DNA of 50,515 bases from Planctomycetota bacterium. GTDB lineage: Bacteria; Planctomycetota; PUPC01. The first letter of the stretch is position 1; every line of letters begins with the position of its first letter. The notes beneath the pieces are model-generated. The model worked only from the letters and a program-made list of their open reading frames with translations, ran no database searches and was not told the origin of the DNA. The translations under genes and the position numbers were made by a program. The stretch lies in contig JBDREM010000360.1 in NCBI GenBank assembly GCA_043819695.1, positions 1 through 50,515 of the forward strand. Reading direction: 5' to 3'. Positions 47,425 to 50,515 of this stretch are shown one piece after another.

Positions 47425-47907
47425 TTATGCCTTTCGTTTCCTGTTCTTTTTCCCGCGCGAAGATGCCGGTGACTCGCCGTCAATTCGGGCACGGAAAAGT
47501 CGGTAGTGTCGCTTGACTCGTTCAACATAGGCCTCGTCGCCCAACAGAACGTCGTGCGCAAGATCGAGAAGGCTGTCGGCCAACTCGGTTTGGGGGCTCC
47601 CAAGATTAAGGCTTGGCCCGATGAGTTCCGCAATCATCTCCGGATCGTCATCATGCAACCAGTTGGCGTAGAATTCGGGGGACTCCCAGCCCCAAGCAAT
47701 GACGGCCTCCGGCCCCTTGCGAGAGGATGCCACGACATAAAAGAAAACACGTCTGCAGTCACATGCACGTTCATTACAGAACATCTCGCAGAACGCGTAC
47801 TGACCTGGAGGCAGTCCGGTCTTGGATCTATTTCCAAACACGGTGAGGGTTCGCGTTTCCGGCTCTGCAATCTCGGGAAAGAGGTCATGAAAAAGCTGGT
47901 ATGGCAT
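47425..47907 (-). CDS. Hypothetical protein (160 aa), Cys-motif FCEMFCNERACDCRRV, basic C-terminal tail
   Basis: It is the only long ORF here with coherent composition. GC is visibly lower than in the neighbours. I recognise no family. Confidence 0.55.
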   Translation of the reverse strand: MPYQLFHDLFPEIAEPETRTLTVFGNRSKTGLPPGQYAFCEMFCNERACDCRRVFFYVVASSRKGPEAVIAWGWESPEFYANWLHDDDPEMIAELIGPSLNLGSPQTELADSLLDLAHDVLLGDEAYVERVKRHYRLFRARIDGESPASSRGKKNRKRKA

Positions 47908-48101
47908 TCCATTCCTCTGGCATAACCATGTTTATGCTGGTCGGCATAATGCCGCAAGCAACGCTGTTTGCGTCAGATTAGACGGCGGCGAATAATGACC
48001 GAAATGGCCCTCAGGCCATTGGTGGCTAATGACGAGCATGAGATACCGTCCAACGTCCGGTTCAAAGTTGGCGAACAAGATAACCCTCCGGACGGCCGAC
48101 G

Positions 48102-48464
48102 TCAGGTGGGCGAACTGCCGGGCGCCGGCGGGACCAATGGCTCCAGTCGCTCAATCAGTTCCGGGATATGGCGCGTCACAACGGCCCAGATTCGTTCCTG
48201 GCGGATGTCACCGTATTCGTGGGCGAGCACGTTGCGCTGTGCGATGATGGGGCGCCAGGGGATTTCGGGATGCGCTTCGCAGAGGGGCTCGGACACGCGG
48301 CGGGCGGCTTCGCCGATGATCTCCAACGCTCGCTCGACCGCGAGTTGAAGGGTGCGGTTCTTCAAGTAGGCGTCAAGGGCCTGGTGCTTGGTGATTTCGC
48401 GGATCGTCTGCGCGGTGTCGAGCATGTCCCAAAGATGAGCGGCGTCGCGTTCGTCAGGCCGCAT
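48102..48464 (-). CDS. hepT: HepT-like (DUF86) RNase toxin of a type VII/II TA pair
   Basis: The R-x4-H-x-Y motif appears as IIAQRNVLAHEYGDI. The protein is 120 aa and overlaps the upstream nucleotidyltransferase gene by 11 nt. Confidence 0.85.
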   Translation of the reverse strand: MRPDERDAAHLWDMLDTAQTIREITKHQALDAYLKNRTLQLAVERALEIIGEAARRVSEPLCEAHPEIPWRPIIAQRNVLAHEYGDIRQERIWAVVTRHIPELIERLEPLVPPAPGSSPT

Positions 48465-48756
48465 AGAGGATCTTCCGACTGCTCAGGATGGCGTGGCGGC
48501 GAAACGGATTGCGAAGCCCATCTCTTTCAACAAGGTCAACTTCGCGCCCGAAGATCTCACTGAGTTCGTCCATCATCGCAGCGAAGTCAAACAGACTCCA
48601 CTGGGCGTTCTCGGTGAAGCTGACCAGCACATCGACGTCGCTGTCGGGCCGGAAATCGTCGCGAAGCGCAGAGCCAAACAGCGCGAGTTCGACGATCTTC
48701 CACCGCTCACAAAACGCGGCGATGCGGGCCCTGTCCACGTGAATGTCCGGGCTCAT
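48454..48756 (-). CDS. mntA: MntA-like minimal nucleotidyltransferase antitoxin
   Basis: The G-S-x10-12-D-x-D motif appears as LFGSALRDDFRPDSDVDVLV. The ATG at 48756 (MSPDIHVD) is preferred over the ORF-track start at 48792. Confidence 0.85.
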   Translation of the reverse strand: MSPDIHVDRARIAAFCERWKIVELALFGSALRDDFRPDSDVDVLVSFTENAQWSLFDFAAMMDELSEIFGREVDLVERDGLRNPFRRHAILSSRKILYAA

Positions 48757-48848
48757 CGGTCGATCCTCCGGCTTGCCAGGCGAACGCGGCACGCGCCGCC
48801 GACACGATCAATGATAGCCCCCGTACTCGGTCAAATCAAGGCGGGAAC

Positions 48849-50411
48849 TCAATTCTCAGGGCCGTCGCGCTTGCATTCTTCGGCCTTTGGCTTGACGTTG
48901 CGCTTCTCGACGGCGAAAAGGCGGAAGACGATGTCGTCCTTGCGGTCCTCGGCTGTGTAGCTCTTGTCTTCCACGCCGCCGTCGTCGCGCTGGTTCATCC
49001 CGATGCTATAGACGATGCAGTCGCCGTCCATCTGTCTGTATTTCAGCGGCTTGCCCGAGAACGGGTCCAGCAACTTCTCGTCTTGAAGCTCGCTCAGCGC
49101 ATTGGGCCATTTGCCGTTTTCGATGCGACAGACTTCCGCGCTTAGCGCCGTCGCGGCAGCGACAAGGCGCGCCTGGTACTGAATACACTCCAGATCCCAT
49201 CTCGCCCAGCTTGCTGCAATCTTCGCGGTGTCGTCCGATTCTGCCGTCACTCCACGCAGCCTTTGCGTTGCCCTTGCTGCCCGGTCGTGGGAAGGCGCCG
49301 GGAGAGCGTCGTACTCCCTTAGAAAGAACTTTGCTTCATCCATCATGTCGAGGCGGTATGCTCCAGGGCATACGGATACCCACGCCGAGAGCAACCGCAG
49401 GGGCCACATGCGGTCAGGTGAAACCATCATCCGGGCATCGGGCCTGTCCATGAACGCCTGCCACCTGCACCGCCCCGGGAAGTCCTGAGCGACGACAGCC
49501 ATCTGCTCGTTACGATGAACGGCCGATGCCATGCTGAAATGGGGGTGCTTCAGTTGCATCGCAACGTACGCTATCTCAGCCTTTATCATTTCTGTGATGC
49601 TCGTGCTCTCGGACTCCAGCAAGAGCTTGGAACGCAGGGCCCGGAGACTCTCGATACTTGGCGTTGTCCGGCTGAGAGTTTGCTCGATACTCTTGCACAG
49701 GTAACGTCCATTCGATGCCTGAAAAAGCTTCACCGCACACCACGGCTGATTGCGGAGCGACAAGTTGATGTCCACGATGGCTTCGCACGCGTCGAGCGCC
49801 CCTTCCGGCCGGCCCAAGGCCTGCTCGTGCAGGCTCTTCACGCAGAGCGTTCTCGCCGCTTGGCGGGCATCTCCAAGAAAGGCGCTCGCCTGAGACTCGC
49901 GGGTGTTGAAATCGAGGTTGTAGAAACAGCGTCGGTGTTTTCGCGCCGTCGCCAGAAGTGAGAAGAAGGCTCGTTGCTCGTCCAGGAACGTTGCCATCTT
50001 TACTTGCCGTTCCCTGTCGATCGGCTCACCCAGTTCGGGCATGTCGGCCGAGCCGACACAAGGCACGCTCATCTCGTACGCCTCGTCCTCGCCCAGCGCC
50101 GCGAAGGCCGCTTCGTAGAATCGAGCTGCGTTCTTGCCATTGACGGAGGCGCCGAATTCTTTCTTGAGGTAGTATGTGTCGGTGGGCAGGCCGCGCCGGT
50201 CAAGTTCCGCGAGGATCTCTTCGAGGGCGGCCTCGCCACGACGATTGGTGTTCCAGACCCAGCCGGCAAAGAGCAGGACGCAGAGCGCGAACACTACCGA
50301 CAGCGCGCACAGCGTCCGAAGCGGCCACTTGAGCCATCTCAGCCACCGCCATCTCGATTTCCTGTGTCCCTCCGATGGGCTCGTCGAATTCGCGTCCGCG
50401 TTCATTGGCAT
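48849..50411 (-). CDS. Hypothetical membrane-anchored protein (520 aa) with pseudopilin-G-like C-terminal motif
   Basis: The N-terminal TM helix is LRTLCALSVVFALCVLLFAGWVW, followed by a helical body. The C-terminus DPFSGKPLKYRQMDGDCIVYSIGMNQRDDGG resembles the DPWG-x-PY...Y-x-L-x-S-x-G-x-D-G end of GspG-type proteins. GC is lower than in the core. Confidence 0.6.
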   Translation of the reverse strand: MPMNADANSTSPSEGHRKSRWRWLRWLKWPLRTLCALSVVFALCVLLFAGWVWNTNRRGEAALEEILAELDRRGLPTDTYYLKKEFGASVNGKNAARFYEAAFAALGEDEAYEMSVPCVGSADMPELGEPIDRERQVKMATFLDEQRAFFSLLATARKHRRCFYNLDFNTRESQASAFLGDARQAARTLCVKSLHEQALGRPEGALDACEAIVDINLSLRNQPWCAVKLFQASNGRYLCKSIEQTLSRTTPSIESLRALRSKLLLESESTSITEMIKAEIAYVAMQLKHPHFSMASAVHRNEQMAVVAQDFPGRCRWQAFMDRPDARMMVSPDRMWPLRLLSAWVSVCPGAYRLDMMDEAKFFLREYDALPAPSHDRAARATQRLRGVTAESDDTAKIAASWARWDLECIQYQARLVAAATALSAEVCRIENGKWPNALSELQDEKLLDPFSGKPLKYRQMDGDCIVYSIGMNQRDDGGVEDKSYTAEDRKDDIVFRLFAVEKRNVKPKAEECKRDGPEN

Positions 50412-50515
50412 TCCCCGTTACCCCCGCGTCGCGCCGAAACGGGATTCACAGCAGTGAAACGAGAAAGGGCCTTGCTCGCAAGACCCTTCCCCGTTGAGTA
50501 CGCTGCTCACTGACC

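Overview
The window is a 50.5-kb piece of GC-rich bacterial chromosome. G+C looks like roughly two-thirds by eye and was not computed. The gene content fits a PVC/Planctomycetota-like organism, but taxonomy cannot be proven from this sequence. All functional calls come from my own reading of motifs in the supplied translations; no database search was run.

Most of the window is tightly packed housekeeping:
- tRNA-Gly with tig-clpP-clpX, then purC, pdxB, tsaB and alr
- two very large envelope or secreted proteins
- a LOG-family gene with yebC, then hisG
- gatC-gatA-(lolA-like)-gatB, then dnaG-rpoD

Four regions stand out.
1. 38.46-47.14 kb holds an eight-gene minus-strand operon for a complete eukaryote-like ubiquitin conjugation set. 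It encodes a small Ubl ending AG-QRC, a ThiF/E1-like enzyme and a JAMM/JAB protease with a TM helix and coiled coil. It also encodes an FHA membrane protein, three membrane proteins with identically spaced C4HC3 RING/PHD-like fingers (one fused to a trypsin-like protease), and an HPN-Cys E2 fused to a long Cys-rich tandem array. This is the best candidate for the unusual system.
2. 22.4-28.7 kb is an ebo-like six-gene cluster (TatD, UbiA, two xylose-isomerase-like TIM barrels, AlkP-type phosphodiesterase). A myo-inositol-phosphate-synthase-family enzyme sits where a sugar-phosphate cyclase is expected. Odd low-GC palindromic spacers punctuate the cluster.
3. 5.66-7.0 kb is a repeat-dense non-coding block: an 18-bp x ~7.5 array, a 22-bp x 4 array, and three copies of a ~40-bp near-palindrome. 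It surrounds a lower-GC PaaX-like regulator gene.
4. 47.1-50.5 kb is a lower-GC tail with a HepT/MntA toxin-antitoxin pair and orphan genes.

gatA carries an apparent 1-nt frameshift in a C/G homopolymer. No rRNA, CRISPR array, integrase or transposase was seen. Many long ORFs in the six-frame track are GC-driven shadow ORFs and were rejected.
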